DNA of 64,000 nt. Source: a bacterium (GTDB lineage Bacteria; Patescibacteriota; Minisyncoccia; Moranbacterales; DUUL01). A program made the translations under genes and the position numbers. The notes under the pieces were generated by a model that saw only the letters and a program-made list of their open reading frames with translations, was not told where the DNA came from and searched no databases. Shown piece by piece: positions 37,041-48,402 of the stretch (position 1 is its first letter; each line of letters starts with the position of its first letter). The stretch is taken from the NCBI GenBank assembly GCA_018675685.1, contig JABGXP010000014.1:81288-145287 (forward strand). The letters are read 5' to 3'.

Positions 37041-37823
37041 ATGAAAGAACATGCTATACTGAAATCAACTAGAATCAACTTAAAACGAAAATATAAAACT
37101 AAAATCATGCAACTCGAAGAACTTAAAAAAAGGGAACTGGGAATTAGAGCGGCCAGAATAAAAAAATTGAAACAGGAGAGAAGTAAAATGCAAAAGATTG
37201 ATTTCAAGGTTTCTGAGGCGAAGTTCAGTATTGGAGGACAAATTATTACAACTTGGGTCACTTTCTTCATAGTAGCTTCCATAACAGCATTTTTGATTTG
37301 TTTTATCGCTTTTGGTGACACAAGAGTATCTGTTTGTGATAGCCAAATTTCCTCAACCATTACAAATTTTTGTATTGGTTGGCAATCTTTGTTTATGCTC
37401 ACATTTTCAATTATTATTCTCCCAATAACTTTTTTGATTGGGACTGTGGAGTTTTTTCAAAGCATCAAGCAAGGGACGACCTTGAAGGAATTAAGTGAAC
37501 AATTGCAGTTTCAAAAGGATTTGAACACTGTTAGTAAGGTCTTGGTTTATTCATTGTTTATCCTGTCTATTCAAATTTTGATTTATTTTGGAACTTTTGA
37601 GATACTTCCAGATGTCTTGAAATTACCATTTATTGTTTTTGATACGGATGCAATGTTACCAATTGCGCTAGCCCTTTTATATTATTCTGTACATCAGAGA
37701 ATTGTATTTTTCTCAACAAGTACTAGGCTTTTATATACTGTGATTATTGTCAATCTTGCATCGATAGTTTTCTCCAGAGGAGTGCAATTAGTTTGGGAGG
37801 TTAGCTTCGGAAGATTATTCTAA
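37041..37823 (+). CDS. polytopic membrane protein, hypothetical
   Basis: At least five predicted TM helices. The N-terminal K/R-rich segment may be upstream of the true start (internal Met at 37104 or 37188). Confidence 0.35.
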   Translation: MKEHAILKSTRINLKRKYKTKIMQLEELKKRELGIRAARIKKLKQERSKMQKIDFKVSEAKFSIGGQIITTWVTFFIVASITAFLICFIAFGDTRVSVCDSQISSTITNFCIGWQSLFMLTFSIIILPITFLIGTVEFFQSIKQGTTLKELSEQLQFQKDLNTVSKVLVYSLFILSIQILIYFGTFEILPDVLKLPFIVFDTDAMLPIALALLYYSVHQRIVFFSTSTRLLYTVIIVNLASIVFSRGVQLVWEVSFGRLF

Positions 37824-38066
37824 GATAAGCATTGAATTTTTTTAAAACTCAGGACTTTTAACAAGGAGACAAACGTTCATTTTCAGCTATTATCTGTTTG
37901 GTCCATTTTTTCTTTTTAAAAAAATAAAAACCCTTGAAATTACTTTATCTCTAGTGTAATATTGATGAGGGTAAAATAATAAGATTATTTCTCCAAAGAA
38001 CAGAAAGTGTTTGACTTGTTTGTTTACATGAGAAATAGGCGCCTTTAATTAATAGTTTTAATTTTT

Positions 38067-39329
38067 ATGAATACAGAAGTAATACTAGGGGGATTGCGAA
38101 GCAAAAAGAAAGGACACTGGTTTTTGATCAGTGCTGCCCTGGTTTTAATAATTGTTTTGGTTTTCAATTTTGGATCCAATGCAAAAGGTGAGGACAAAGA
38201 AGGAGACACAATAGATATATCGCAGAAAGTTGTCGCATATGTTGAGACGGTGACACTAGGTGAAGGATCTTCAGATGCAGCCAAGCTTGAAAGAACGGCT
38301 ATTTTTCGTTCCGCACAAGCTGGAAATGTTGTCGCTGAAAACACAGGAAGGATTAAACAAGTCAATTTTGAAATTGGTGATTTTGTAAGGCAGGGCCAGG
38401 TCCTAGCCGTATTTGATCAATCTAGCTTGAAAACAACAGCTGTAACGGCTCTATCTTCAGCAAGCGCTGGATTGGAAATTGCCTTGGATACTCAAAAAAA
38501 GACAGAAAAAGTTGCAAAAGAGAGCTTGGAGCTAACTAAAAACGCAAGAAAAATTGCTAAAATGCAATATGAAAATGCAAAAAATGATCCCACGGAAGAT
38601 GAGGACATTGCAAAGAGAGCGTATGAAAACGCAAAAGATCTAGAGGATCAAGCTGAGCAAAATGTTAAGATCCAAAAGAATCAAGCACAGTTACAAGTTA
38701 ACGGTGCTAAGCAGACAATGGATGGTGCAAGAGTTGTTTTTGAAAAAACTATTCTTAGAGCTCCAATTTCTGGGACAGTTGTTTCTAAGAATGTTGCAAT
38801 TAGTGATTATATTACAAGTGGTTCTCGAATCGCTGGAGTTGTTGGAGAAGGAAAACTGCAAACAGTCGTTTCCTTGAATGCTGATCAAATCTCCAGAATA
38901 AAAATTGGCGACGAAGTTGCTATTGCGATTGGAAAAAGCCAGCACAAGGGGAAAATTGTCTCCCTTTCAACGATTGCAAAAACAACAAATCAAAGGTTTG
39001 ATGTTAAGATTGAAACTTTAAAGGAAGTTATGACAAACGCGAACAAGACAGGCAAAGTTCTTTTTTCGTTAGCGCTAGAAGAGGAAGTAGTAGAGCCCTC
39101 TGAGCAGAAGATTTTCTTCGCTCCGATAAGTTCTGTGAATTTAGGACAAAGGAGATCTGTCGTGTTTATCTTAGAAGAAGGGAAAGCCATTGCCAGAGAA
39201 ATTGAAGTTGGCGAAATTGTTGGTGATAAAATTGAAATAACAAAAGGAGTTTCTTTTGGAGAGAAGTTGATTATTGTTAATTCAAGAAATCTTACAGATG
39301 GTCAAGCAGTCACCACCAAAAAGGATTAG
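38067..39329 (+). CDS. efflux RND transporter periplasmic adaptor (membrane fusion protein, HlyD family)
   Basis: N-terminal TM, a coiled-coil hairpin, and a lipoyl / beta-barrel segment (ILRAPISGTVVSKNVAISDYITSGSRIAGVV). Confidence 0.75.
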   Translation: MNTEVILGGLRSKKKGHWFLISAALVLIIVLVFNFGSNAKGEDKEGDTIDISQKVVAYVETVTLGEGSSDAAKLERTAIFRSAQAGNVVAENTGRIKQVNFEIGDFVRQGQVLAVFDQSSLKTTAVTALSSASAGLEIALDTQKKTEKVAKESLELTKNARKIAKMQYENAKNDPTEDEDIAKRAYENAKDLEDQAEQNVKIQKNQAQLQVNGAKQTMDGARVVFEKTILRAPISGTVVSKNVAISDYITSGSRIAGVVGEGKLQTVVSLNADQISRIKIGDEVAIAIGKSQHKGKIVSLSTIAKTTNQRFDVKIETLKEVMTNANKTGKVLFSLALEEEVVEPSEQKIFFAPISSVNLGQRRSVVFILEEGKAIAREIEVGEIVGDKIEITKGVSFGEKLIIVNSRNLTDGQAVTTKKD

Positions 39330-39380
39330 AAGATAAGGCTTGCAAAGAGCACAAATAAGAAATCGAAAAGAACTATTACA

Positions 39381-42300
39381 ATGAATAGCACAGAAAATTC
39401 TAGTGAAAACAAAGATTCTCGGGTGAAAAAATTGAAACTCAGAGAAAAAATCGTTCGAGAGTTGGAAGAATTTGAAAATTCTCCCTGGGTTTTTTTGATT
39501 AGGAAAAGCAAGCTTACAATCTTGATTATTATTGCATTATTAATCTTTGGGATAGCAACAATTAAAAACATGCCACGGGAACTGAACCCTGAGATAGAAA
39601 TTCCTTTTGCTATTGTTGTGACAGTTTTTCCGGGAGCGTCACCCTTGGATATTGAACAGCAAGTTACAAAAAAGATTGAGAGCGAAATAAGCGATCTAAA
39701 CGGAATCAAAAGAATTGACTCCTCGAGTTCTCTTGGATTTTCTTCTATTTTTGTTGAATTTGAGGCCGGCGAGGATATTGATAAATCAATCAAAGAACTT
39801 AAAGATAAGGTTGACAATGCCAAAACTGAGCTGCCAGAAGATGCTAGTGAACCAAAAACAGTTGAGGCTAAAATCGATGATCGGCCCGTAATGGAAGTGA
39901 CTCTTGTCTCAGAGGAATATGACGTCGCTGAGCTAAAACAGTTTGCCGAAAACTTAAAAGATGAGATAAAAGGAGTCCCTTTTGTGTCAGAGGTTAATAT
40001 TTCAGGAGGAAGAGATCGAGTGATCAAAGTTGATTTTGATCAAGATATTCTTGCAAAAAAAGGATTAACGGTGCAAGGAGTGCTAGGTGTCTTGAGTGCT
40101 AATAATGTTAATTTTCCTGCAGGTTCTATTGTGATTGAAAAATCAAGATATAATGTAAGAATCCAAGGAGAATTCAAGGATTCTTCCGAAGTAGGAATAT
40201 TTCCAATTGGTGCGAATAATGATGGAAGTTTGATTTATCTTGAAGATGTTGCGAAAGTAAAAGACGATTTTTCAAAAGAATTTTCCCGATCGAGATTTTC
40301 AATTGCTGGTGATGAGCCACTTGATGCAGTGTCAATTCAAATTTACAAAAAAACTGGGGGTGACGTGACAGCGCTAGCTAGTGAAGTTAGAGATCGAATC
40401 GAAAATGAGAAAGGTTCTGCATATCCAGAAAATGTAACAGTTGAGGTGACAAATGATTTTTCAAAGTTTGTGACTGATAGTATCAATACCTTGGTTGGTA
40501 ATGGTTTGGCAACTGTATTTTTAATCCTCTTGCTCTTATTGATTTTTCTAGGTTGGCAAGAAGCTTTTTTGGCTGGACCTGCTGTACCTTTTTCATTTTT
40601 CATTGCTTTTATCGTGATGGCAAGTGTTGGAGAGAGTTTGAACACTATTTCACTTTTTGCGCTTGTCTTATCCCTCGGTCTCTTGGTTGATAGTGCTATT
40701 GTAATTGTTGAGGGGATGCATAATAAGGTTGAAAAGTACAAATTAACAGGTTATCAAGCGGCTATTTCAACAGTAAGAGAATATGCAGCACCATTACTTG
40801 CAGGAATGCTAACAACAGTAGCAGCCTTTTTCCCGCTATTGTTTGTGAAAGGAATCTTCGGGTCCTTCATTAGAACAATTCCAATTGTTGTGATTTCGAC
40901 ACTTATCGCTGGGTTGTTTGTTTCCGTATCAATTATTCCAGCACTCGGCACATATCTTATTAAACCCGTTAGAAAGAAGAAAGAAGAACCTTGTGGCAGA
41001 AATTTTTTCACAAAAGTTTGCTTGAAAATGAAACAAATTTTTAAGGGAAAGCCACGAAAAGAGCGATTTTCTTCAAAAATGTTTGACTGGATCGCTAAGG
41101 TATACAGAAGGAATATTCCAAAAATTTTAACCAGTCGTAAAAGACGCATTCAAGTAATCGCTGGGATTTGGATATTTTTCTTTATTTCGATGGCATTGCC
41201 GGTGTTTGGTTTGATTAAAATGCAAGCTTTTGGTCAGGATGATTCTGATTTTTTCTACATCAACCTCGAAATGCCAAACGGAACTGTTTTGGAAAGAACG
41301 GATGAAATAACCAAGAAAATTGAGAATGAACTTCGGAAAGAATCTGAAATTGAGAATTTCGTTACTAACATAGGGAGCGCTATAGGTGGAGATGGCGCAA
41401 CTTCAGCTTCTGAAGGGGATAGCAACAAGGCTTTTATTCAAATTAATCTTATAGATAAAAAAGAACGTGAGACTTATAGTTTTGAGTTTGTTTCGGAGCT
41501 AAGAAAGAAACTCGAACCAATTGTCACCCAAGGGGACATTCGCTTTGTAGAGCTTGATTCAGGCCCCCCAGCAGGTAAGCCAATCGAACTTAGAGTAAGC
41601 GGTCCAGACCTTTTGATATTGGAGGAATTTGCTGAAAAAATTGCCGATGAATTGAAAAGCATTCCAACAACAATTGATGTGGAAACCTCTGTTAAACTTG
41701 CTGCAGGAGAGTTGGTTTTTACCCCAAACAAAGAAATCTTAGCTAAAAATGGAATTTCAGTGATTCAAATTGCTGGTGAGTTGAGGAGCAAGGTTGCTAG
41801 GAACGACGACATTGAGATTACCAGGGATGGTGATGAAGTGAAGATTGACACAGGAATTAATGACAAACAGTTATCAAGCACAGAAGACATCAAAGGGCTT
41901 TCTGTTTTAAATTCTAAGGGAGAGAAATTCTCAATCACTGAATTGGGCATGCTGACCTTTGAGCCTTCCCTTGCTACAATCAATAGGAGGGACAATGAAA
42001 GAATTGTCTTGATAACAGGGGATTCTGATGGAGGAAACACAACTGAAATCACTCAACAGCTTTTGGGTGAGATTGAAAAAATGTCATTGCCAAGTGGATA
42101 TACTGTTTCTTCTGGAGGTGAAGCGCAGGAGATGATGGAAGTTTATATCGATATGTTCTTGAAGATGATTTTGGGAATTGTGCTTATTCTGTTTATTCTT
42201 GTTTTGCAGTTCAATTCATATCGACAAACCATGATTATCATATTCACTATTCCGCTCGCAATGATCGGTGTGCTTTGGGGGATGACGATCTTTAGAATGA

Positions 42301-42638
42301 CATTGGATATCCCAGCTTTTATTGGAATTATTTCCTTGGCCGGGATTGTTGTTAATAACGCAATTATTCTTATTGATCAAATCAACCGTGAATTGAAGGA
42401 GGGAAGTGGATTGATTGATGCAGCTAAAAATGCAGGTTACATTCGTTTAAGGCCAATCTTCCTTACAACAATCACTACAATCATTGGTTTGTTACCACTT
42501 TCAATCACACAGCCAATTTGGAGAAATCTCGGTTTTGCGATTATTTTCGGACTGGCATTTTCAACGCTATTAACATTGATCATTGTACCAACAATGTTCG
42601 TGAGTCTTTATCGAAAAGAATATCCTCTTGAGAAGTAA
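39381..42638 (+). CDS. efflux RND transporter permease (AcrB/HAE1-like)
   Basis: 1085 aa and 12 predicted TM helices. Two large extracytoplasmic loops and the conserved TM4 region (ALVLSLGLLVDSAIVIVEG). Confidence 0.85.
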   Translation: MNSTENSSENKDSRVKKLKLREKIVRELEEFENSPWVFLIRKSKLTILIIIALLIFGIATIKNMPRELNPEIEIPFAIVVTVFPGASPLDIEQQVTKKIESEISDLNGIKRIDSSSSLGFSSIFVEFEAGEDIDKSIKELKDKVDNAKTELPEDASEPKTVEAKIDDRPVMEVTLVSEEYDVAELKQFAENLKDEIKGVPFVSEVNISGGRDRVIKVDFDQDILAKKGLTVQGVLGVLSANNVNFPAGSIVIEKSRYNVRIQGEFKDSSEVGIFPIGANNDGSLIYLEDVAKVKDDFSKEFSRSRFSIAGDEPLDAVSIQIYKKTGGDVTALASEVRDRIENEKGSAYPENVTVEVTNDFSKFVTDSINTLVGNGLATVFLILLLLLIFLGWQEAFLAGPAVPFSFFIAFIVMASVGESLNTISLFALVLSLGLLVDSAIVIVEGMHNKVEKYKLTGYQAAISTVREYAAPLLAGMLTTVAAFFPLLFVKGIFGSFIRTIPIVVISTLIAGLFVSVSIIPALGTYLIKPVRKKKEEPCGRNFFTKVCLKMKQIFKGKPRKERFSSKMFDWIAKVYRRNIPKILTSRKRRIQVIAGIWIFFFISMALPVFGLIKMQAFGQDDSDFFYINLEMPNGTVLERTDEITKKIENELRKESEIENFVTNIGSAIGGDGATSASEGDSNKAFIQINLIDKKERETYSFEFVSELRKKLEPIVTQGDIRFVELDSGPPAGKPIELRVSGPDLLILEEFAEKIADELKSIPTTIDVETSVKLAAGELVFTPNKEILAKNGISVIQIAGELRSKVARNDDIEITRDGDEVKIDTGINDKQLSSTEDIKGLSVLNSKGEKFSITELGMLTFEPSLATINRRDNERIVLITGDSDGGNTTEITQQLLGEIEKMSLPSGYTVSSGGEAQEMMEVYIDMFLKMILGIVLILFILVLQFNSYRQTMIIIFTIPLAMIGVLWGMTIFRMTLDIPAFIGIISLAGIVVNNAIILIDQINRELKEGSGLIDAAKNAGYIRLRPIFLTTITTIIGLLPLSITQPIWRNLGFAIIFGLAFSTLLTLIIVPTMFVSLYRKEYPLEK

Positions 42639-42847
42639 TGCTTATTCTATGAAGAGTTTAAAGTGAAAATCTTCTCATCGAAGTTATAACAGAGGTGAAT
42701 TTTAGAAAAACTGAAGAGGTTGACATGTTTAAATCAAATATGTCGACCTCTTTTTTATTTCTTGCTAATTTGCTATAATTAGATTAAATAAGAGAACTAG
42801 AACAATTCTGGAGGTCTAGCAAGTCTAAACAAATAAAATATTAAAAT

Positions 42848-43990
42848 ATGTCATTAAAAGTAGTATTAGCCGGTGGTGGAACAGGCGGTCACCTCTTCCC
42901 GTTAGTGACCGTGGCAAAATATATAGAGAAGGATTTAATGACTAAAGGCGGGGCCCAGTTTTTGTATATTGGACCAAGGGGAGCGATGGAGAAGGAGGTA
43001 ATGACTAAAAACAATATTCCTCAAAAAACAATTCTCACAGGTAAACTTCATCGATACTTCACTCCAAGATATTTTCTTGACATCTTTAAGGCTCCTTTAG
43101 GCACTCTACAGTCTTTGTGGATTTTGCTTTGGTTCACTCCCGATGTTGTTTTTGCAAAAGGCGGCTTTGCTTCCGTACCAGTTGTGATTGCAGCAAAAAT
43201 GTATAATATTCCTGTTTTGATACATGAGTCAGATGCAATACCTGGTTTGGCAAATAAGTTCCTAGGATCGATTGCTAATAAAGTAATAATTTCTTTTGAG
43301 AGAGCAAGAATGTATTTCCCTAAATCCAAAACAGTACTAGCAGGAGTCCCGATTAAAGAGGATGCCATAGATGGAGATGCTAAAATAGGAAGGGAACTTT
43401 TGAATCTGCACAAAGAAGCAAAACCCGTAATATTCTTTATTGGGGGCTCTCAGGGGGCGCAAATTATAAATGAACGCGTCATGCTTATTTTGCCAGAATT
43501 AATTAAGAAATATCAAGTTATTCACCAAACAGGGAAATCCCATTATGACTTTATAGTCTCACAAGCTCAAAAACAGGGGTATAAAATTGGACACAGTGAT
43601 TATTACCCAATTGCATTTATTGGAGAGGAATTGAAACATATTTTTGCACTTGCCGATGTGGTTGTCTCGCGTGCTGGAGCAACTGCAATATTTGAAATTG
43701 CAGCAAATGAAAAACCAAGTATTTTGGTTCCAATCACAAACAGCGCGAATAATCATCAGCGAATCAACGCCTATGAAGTTTCAAAAGTGGGTGGAGCTGT
43801 AGCAATTGAAGAAGCTAATTTTCAAGAGCACCTTCTCTTGCACACTATTGATCAAATCGTGGGTGATCAAGAAATAAGGAGCAAAATGCAAGAGGGAATC
43901 AAATCTCTCTATTTTCCTCACTCCACAGAACAAATTGCAGAGGAATTAGTAACTCTAGCTAAGAAGTCAACAGCGGAAATAAATGATTAA
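42848..43990 (+). CDS. murG: undecaprenyldiphospho-muramoylpentapeptide beta-N-acetylglucosaminyltransferase MurG
   Basis: N-terminal VLAGGGTGGHLFP glycine-rich loop and C-terminal GT-B donor-binding region (GGSQGA ... E). Confidence 0.85.
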   Translation: MSLKVVLAGGGTGGHLFPLVTVAKYIEKDLMTKGGAQFLYIGPRGAMEKEVMTKNNIPQKTILTGKLHRYFTPRYFLDIFKAPLGTLQSLWILLWFTPDVVFAKGGFASVPVVIAAKMYNIPVLIHESDAIPGLANKFLGSIANKVIISFERARMYFPKSKTVLAGVPIKEDAIDGDAKIGRELLNLHKEAKPVIFFIGGSQGAQIINERVMLILPELIKKYQVIHQTGKSHYDFIVSQAQKQGYKIGHSDYYPIAFIGEELKHIFALADVVVSRAGATAIFEIAANEKPSILVPITNSANNHQRINAYEVSKVGGAVAIEEANFQEHLLLHTIDQIVGDQEIRSKMQEGIKSLYFPHSTEQIAEELVTLAKKSTAEIND

Positions 43991-44096
43991 GTTTATTATC
44001 AAAACCGACCCAAATTTCTGTTTGTAACTATTGACATCTGTGAGAATTGATATATAATGTCGGTGTAAAGCTAGCAAAGTGTAGAAAAGTAAAGAT

Positions 44097-44405
44097 ATGG
44101 AACGTTCTTCAAAGGAAGAGGGGGGAGAAGAGGCAGCTTGGTGGCAACCTAGTTTAATTCTTTTTTCAAAATTGAGCGGTTGGATTGGCGTGCCAATCAT
44201 AATCGCACTCTTTATCGGCAAATGGCTTGATGAAAGATATGAAACAGAGCCATGGCTGTTTTTGTTTTCAATTGGAATTGCCTTCGTCGGTTCATCAATT
44301 GGAATTGTAAAAGAGGCCAAAAGAGCAATGGATGAGATTGTAAGAGAAGACGAAGCGAAAAAGGCGAAGGAGAAGAAGGAGACGAAAAAAAAGAATTTTA
44401 GTTAA
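44097..44405 (+). CDS. atpZ: AtpZ/AtpI-family small membrane protein preceding the ATP synthase operon
   Basis: Two TM helices (GWIGVPIIIALFIGKWLD ; LFLFSIGIAFVGSSIGI) and a position immediately upstream of atpB. Confidence 0.5.
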   Translation: MERSSKEEGGEEAAWWQPSLILFSKLSGWIGVPIIIALFIGKWLDERYETEPWLFLFSIGIAFVGSSIGIVKEAKRAMDEIVREDEAKKAKEKKETKKKNFS

Positions 44406-44459
44406 GTTTGATCGACAGGCGATGACGAGAGTATTATTTATTTATATTCGGAGATTACA

Positions 44460-45296
44460 ATGAAACAAGGAAATACCCAGGGCGCTAGTGAACAAGTGCA
44501 ACATGAGATTACGTTGTTCGCAGAGCCAGTGCTAAAATTTGAAAATTTCACAATTACCAACTCTTTGTTGAATAGTTTTGCGACAGTGCTTATCTTGGTG
44601 CTGTTTTTTATTGCCGCAGGAAGAAAAATCAAACAGATTCCAAAAGGAATTCAAAACTTTTTTGAAATGATTCTTGAGGAGTCTTTAACTTTTGCAGACA
44701 CAGTTACTGGTAGTCGTAAGAACTCAAAAAGATTTTTACCGATTGTGCTTTCGCTCTTCCTCTTTATATTAGTGAATAATTGGTTAGGGATTTTTCCAGG
44801 AATTGGAACCATCGGGTTCGTCGATTCACATGAAGGACACAAAGTATTTGTGCCCTTTTTTCGTGGTGGAACTGCGGATTTGAACACAACACTTGCGTTG
44901 GCACTTATTTCTATTGTCGGTTCACATGTTTTCGGAGTCATTACAGTTGGTGCTTGGAACTATCTAAATAGGTTTATCAATATCAAAGCATTGCTGGAGA
45001 TTCCAAGCAAGTTTAGAAAAGACCCTTCGGTCATACTAGTGAACCCAATTAAAGTAATGGTGGGAATGATTGAGATTGTTTCTGAAATTGCAAAAGTTGC
45101 TTCATTGTCATTTAGGCTTTTCGGAAATATTTTTGCAGGAGAGGTTCTGTTAGTTTCCATGATGGCGCTATTTGCATTTCTTTTGCCACTGCCATTTATG
45201 TTTATGGAAATTTTAGTTGGTTTTATTCAGGCATTAGTTTTCGCAATTTTGGTTTTAGTATTTTTCACAATGGCCACCGCTAGTGCTGAGCATTAA
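44460..45296 (+). CDS. atpB: F0F1 ATP synthase subunit a
   Basis: Conserved Arg-containing helix LSFRLFGNIFAGEVLL. Confidence 0.85.
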   Translation: MKQGNTQGASEQVQHEITLFAEPVLKFENFTITNSLLNSFATVLILVLFFIAAGRKIKQIPKGIQNFFEMILEESLTFADTVTGSRKNSKRFLPIVLSLFLFILVNNWLGIFPGIGTIGFVDSHEGHKVFVPFFRGGTADLNTTLALALISIVGSHVFGVITVGAWNYLNRFINIKALLEIPSKFRKDPSVILVNPIKVMVGMIEIVSEIAKVASLSFRLFGNIFAGEVLLVSMMALFAFLLPLPFMFMEILVGFIQALVFAILVLVFFTMATASAEH

Positions 45297-45447
45297 TATA
45301 TTGTTTTTGCGTTTGAGGTTTGAGACGAAAAGGATGAGCATGCTTTTTGTCTGAAGTCTTAAAAGAGGCTTATTTAATTATTTTCTTATTTTCTTTTGGT
45401 GTGTTTGTAAAACCGACGTTAAATAAATATCCCCGTCGATCAAGTAA

Positions 45448-45720
<273 letters not shown>

Positions 45721-45831
45721 ATATTGTTTACTTTAGACTTCTTTCTGCTGAGCAGACAGCTAGCAGAAGAGGTCCTCTAGTGAATATTATTTAGAAGTTA
45801 TTAATTTAAACAGACTAAAAGATCGAAAATT

Positions 45832-46332
45832 ATGGAAGAGTTAATTAAAACATTTCACATTGACTATAAGATGCTAGCAGCGCAGATGGTTAATTTTGCT
45901 ATTGTTATTGCTGTTCTTTATAAATTCGCGTACAAACCACTTTTAGTAAAAATGGATGAAAGAAGTGATACGATTGAAAAAGGCTTGAATGACGCAAGAG
46001 AAGCTGGAGAAAAACTAGAAGCTGCAGCAGAAGAAAGGGAAAAGCAGATTCAAGAAGCAAAAAAAGAAGCAAGACAAATTATCGACCAGGCGCAAAGACA
46101 ATCTGACAGAAACAAAGAAGAAGCAGTTGGTCAAGCAAGAATTGATGCTCAAAAGGTTGTTGACCAAGCTAAGAAGCAAATTCAAGCCCAGAAAGAAAAA
46201 ATGGTAGTTGAAATCAAGAGAGAAGTTGGAATGCTCGTTACCCTTGCAGTAAAGAAGGTTATTAATGAGAAATTAGACAGCAAGAAAGACGAAGAGTTGA
46301 TTGAGAAAGCGATTGCGGATGTGAAAAACTAA
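45832..46332 (+). CDS. atpF: F0F1 ATP synthase subunit b
   Basis: N-terminal TM followed by a long charged helix (ERE.I..A..EA). Confidence 0.75.
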   Translation: MEELIKTFHIDYKMLAAQMVNFAIVIAVLYKFAYKPLLVKMDERSDTIEKGLNDAREAGEKLEAAAEEREKQIQEAKKEARQIIDQAQRQSDRNKEEAVGQARIDAQKVVDQAKKQIQAQKEKMVVEIKREVGMLVTLAVKKVINEKLDSKKDEELIEKAIADVKN

Positions 46333-46344
46333 TCAAAAGAACAC

Positions 46345-46752
46345 ATGAATATTTCAAACAATCAATATGCCGAACTTGCCAAATTCATTCTTGATGAATC
46401 GAAAGACAAGAAAGCAGCCAAGGAAGGTGTTGTTAAATTAGCAAAACTAATCGTTGAAAATCGTGATCAAGGTGGATTTGAGAGGATTGTAAAACAGTTT
46501 AACAATTTAATAGAGAAAGAGGCCGGAGTTGTAAATGTGAACATTGTCAGCGCAAAAGAACTATCCAGCAAACAAGAGAAGCTTTTACAGGAGTCTATTG
46601 CAAAGAAATTGGACATCAAAAAAGATTTAATTGAAATTTTCAAGGAAGTTGATGAATCATTAATAGGCGGGATTAGTATTCAGATTGGAGCGAAAGTTAT
46701 AGATGGAAGTTTGAGGGCTAAAATAGAGAAATTGGAAAATTCACTACTATAA
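46345..46752 (+). CDS. atpH: F0F1 ATP synthase subunit delta (OSCP), short form
   Basis: Position between atpF and atpA, and a C-terminal OSCP-like sequence (IDESLIGGISIQIGAKVIDGSLRAKIEKL). Confidence 0.6.
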   Translation: MNISNNQYAELAKFILDESKDKKAAKEGVVKLAKLIVENRDQGGFERIVKQFNNLIEKEAGVVNVNIVSAKELSSKQEKLLQESIAKKLDIKKDLIEIFKEVDESLIGGISIQIGAKVIDGSLRAKIEKLENSLL

Positions 46753-46785
46753 ACTATAAACTAACTTATAAATATCCTAAAAGAT

Positions 46786-48369
46786 ATGAACAAAGATTAT
46801 ATAATTGACGAACTTAAGAAACAAATTGCGAATGTTGATACCTCTTCAGAACTGAAAAGTGTCGGGAAAGTATTAGAAGTTGGAGACGGAGTGGCAAAAG
46901 TCGCTGGTCTTGATGATCTGATGATGTCTGAGATGGTTAAATTCGACACAGAAGATGGAGAAAACCTATTCGGTGTTGCATTGAACCTTGAAGATGGAAG
47001 AATTGGTGTAATCATCATTGGAGAAGTTTCGAGGGTAAGAGAGGGAATGAAGGTTTCTGCGACTGGTAAAATTCTTTCAATCCCGGTTTCTGATGAAATG
47101 ATTGGACGAGTTGTTGATCCAATCGGAACGATTATTGATGATGGTGATCAAATCAAAAAAGGGGAGTATTATCCAATCGAAAAAATTGCACCTGGTGTGA
47201 TGACTCGAGCTGGCGTTAGCCAACCTTTGCAAACCGGAATCAAATCAATTGATTCAATGATTCCAATTGGACGAGGACAAAGAGAATTGATTATTGGGGA
47301 TCGACAAACTGGAAAAACCGCAATTGCAATTGATACAATTATCAATCAAAAAGGTGAAGATGTGATTTGTATCTATGTTGCGATTGGACAAAAGAAATCA
47401 AAAATTGCTCAAATTGTTGAAAAGTTGAAAGAAAATGACGCAATGGAGCATACAATTATTGTTGTTGCTGGTTCTTCTGATCCTGCTGCATTTTCATTCA
47501 TTTCTCCATATTCTGGATGCGCAATTGGTGAATATTTCATGGAACAAGGAAAAGATGTACTAATTGTGTTTGATGATCTTTCTAAGCATGCTTGGGCATA
47601 TCGACAACTTTCATTACTTCTAAAGAGACCGCCAGGGCGAGAAGCATATCCTGGAGATGTTTTCTATTTACATTCAAGGCTTCTAGAGAGAAGTGCTAAA
47701 TTGAACAAAGAGAATGGCGGTGCTTCAATGACTGCTTTGCCAATCATTGAAACTCAAGCTGGAGATATTTCGGCATTTATTCCTACAAATGTGATTTCAA
47801 TTACAGATGGTCAAATTTTCTTGGAGTCAGATTTGTTTTATCAAGGAATTCGGCCAGCTATTAATGTCGGTCTTTCAGTTTCACGTGTAGGCTCTGCTGC
47901 TCAAACAAAAGCGATGAAAAAAGTTGCTGGTAAGATCAAGCTGGAATTAGCACAATTTCGAGAATTGGAAGCTTTCACAAAATTTGGTTCAGAATTGGAT
48001 GATCGAACAAAGCAAAAGATTGATCGAGGATACCGAACAATTGAAATTCTAAAACAAGCTCAATATGCTTCAATGCTAATGGAGGATCAAGTTGCAATCA
48101 TGTGGGCTTTGACAAAGGGATATATCGATGAAGTGGAAGTGGAAAAAGTAAAGGAGTGGGAAGCAAAGTTCAGTGAATATATGCAAAAAACTGGCAAAGA
48201 CGCTTTGAGGGCAATTAAAGAGGAAAAGAATATTTCTGAAGAACTCGAAGAGAAGCTAGTTAGCTTAACTGAGGATTTCAATAGTACCTGGAAGGAAGAG
48301 AATGAAGAGGAACAAGAAAAAGAAGAAAAGGAGGAGAAGAAAGAGGTACAGATGAAAAAGGCCGAGTAA
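46786..48369 (+). CDS. atpA: F0F1 ATP synthase subunit alpha
   Basis: GDRQTGKTAIAIDTIINQ Walker A and the full alpha-subunit architecture. Acidic K/E C-terminal extension. Confidence 0.95.
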   Translation: MNKDYIIDELKKQIANVDTSSELKSVGKVLEVGDGVAKVAGLDDLMMSEMVKFDTEDGENLFGVALNLEDGRIGVIIIGEVSRVREGMKVSATGKILSIPVSDEMIGRVVDPIGTIIDDGDQIKKGEYYPIEKIAPGVMTRAGVSQPLQTGIKSIDSMIPIGRGQRELIIGDRQTGKTAIAIDTIINQKGEDVICIYVAIGQKKSKIAQIVEKLKENDAMEHTIIVVAGSSDPAAFSFISPYSGCAIGEYFMEQGKDVLIVFDDLSKHAWAYRQLSLLLKRPPGREAYPGDVFYLHSRLLERSAKLNKENGGASMTALPIIETQAGDISAFIPTNVISITDGQIFLESDLFYQGIRPAINVGLSVSRVGSAAQTKAMKKVAGKIKLELAQFRELEAFTKFGSELDDRTKQKIDRGYRTIEILKQAQYASMLMEDQVAIMWALTKGYIDEVEVEKVKEWEAKFSEYMQKTGKDALRAIKEEKNISEELEEKLVSLTEDFNSTWKEENEEEQEKEEKEEKKEVQMKKAE

Positions 48370-48402
48370 TAATAAAAGAATAATTTAATTTCCAGCAATA
48401 AT

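Noticed and set aside
39326-40027. 233-aa minus-strand ORF overlapping the MFP/RND junction
   Set aside because: It is antisense to the RND permease N-terminus. Its S-rich low-complexity translation makes it a shadow ORF.
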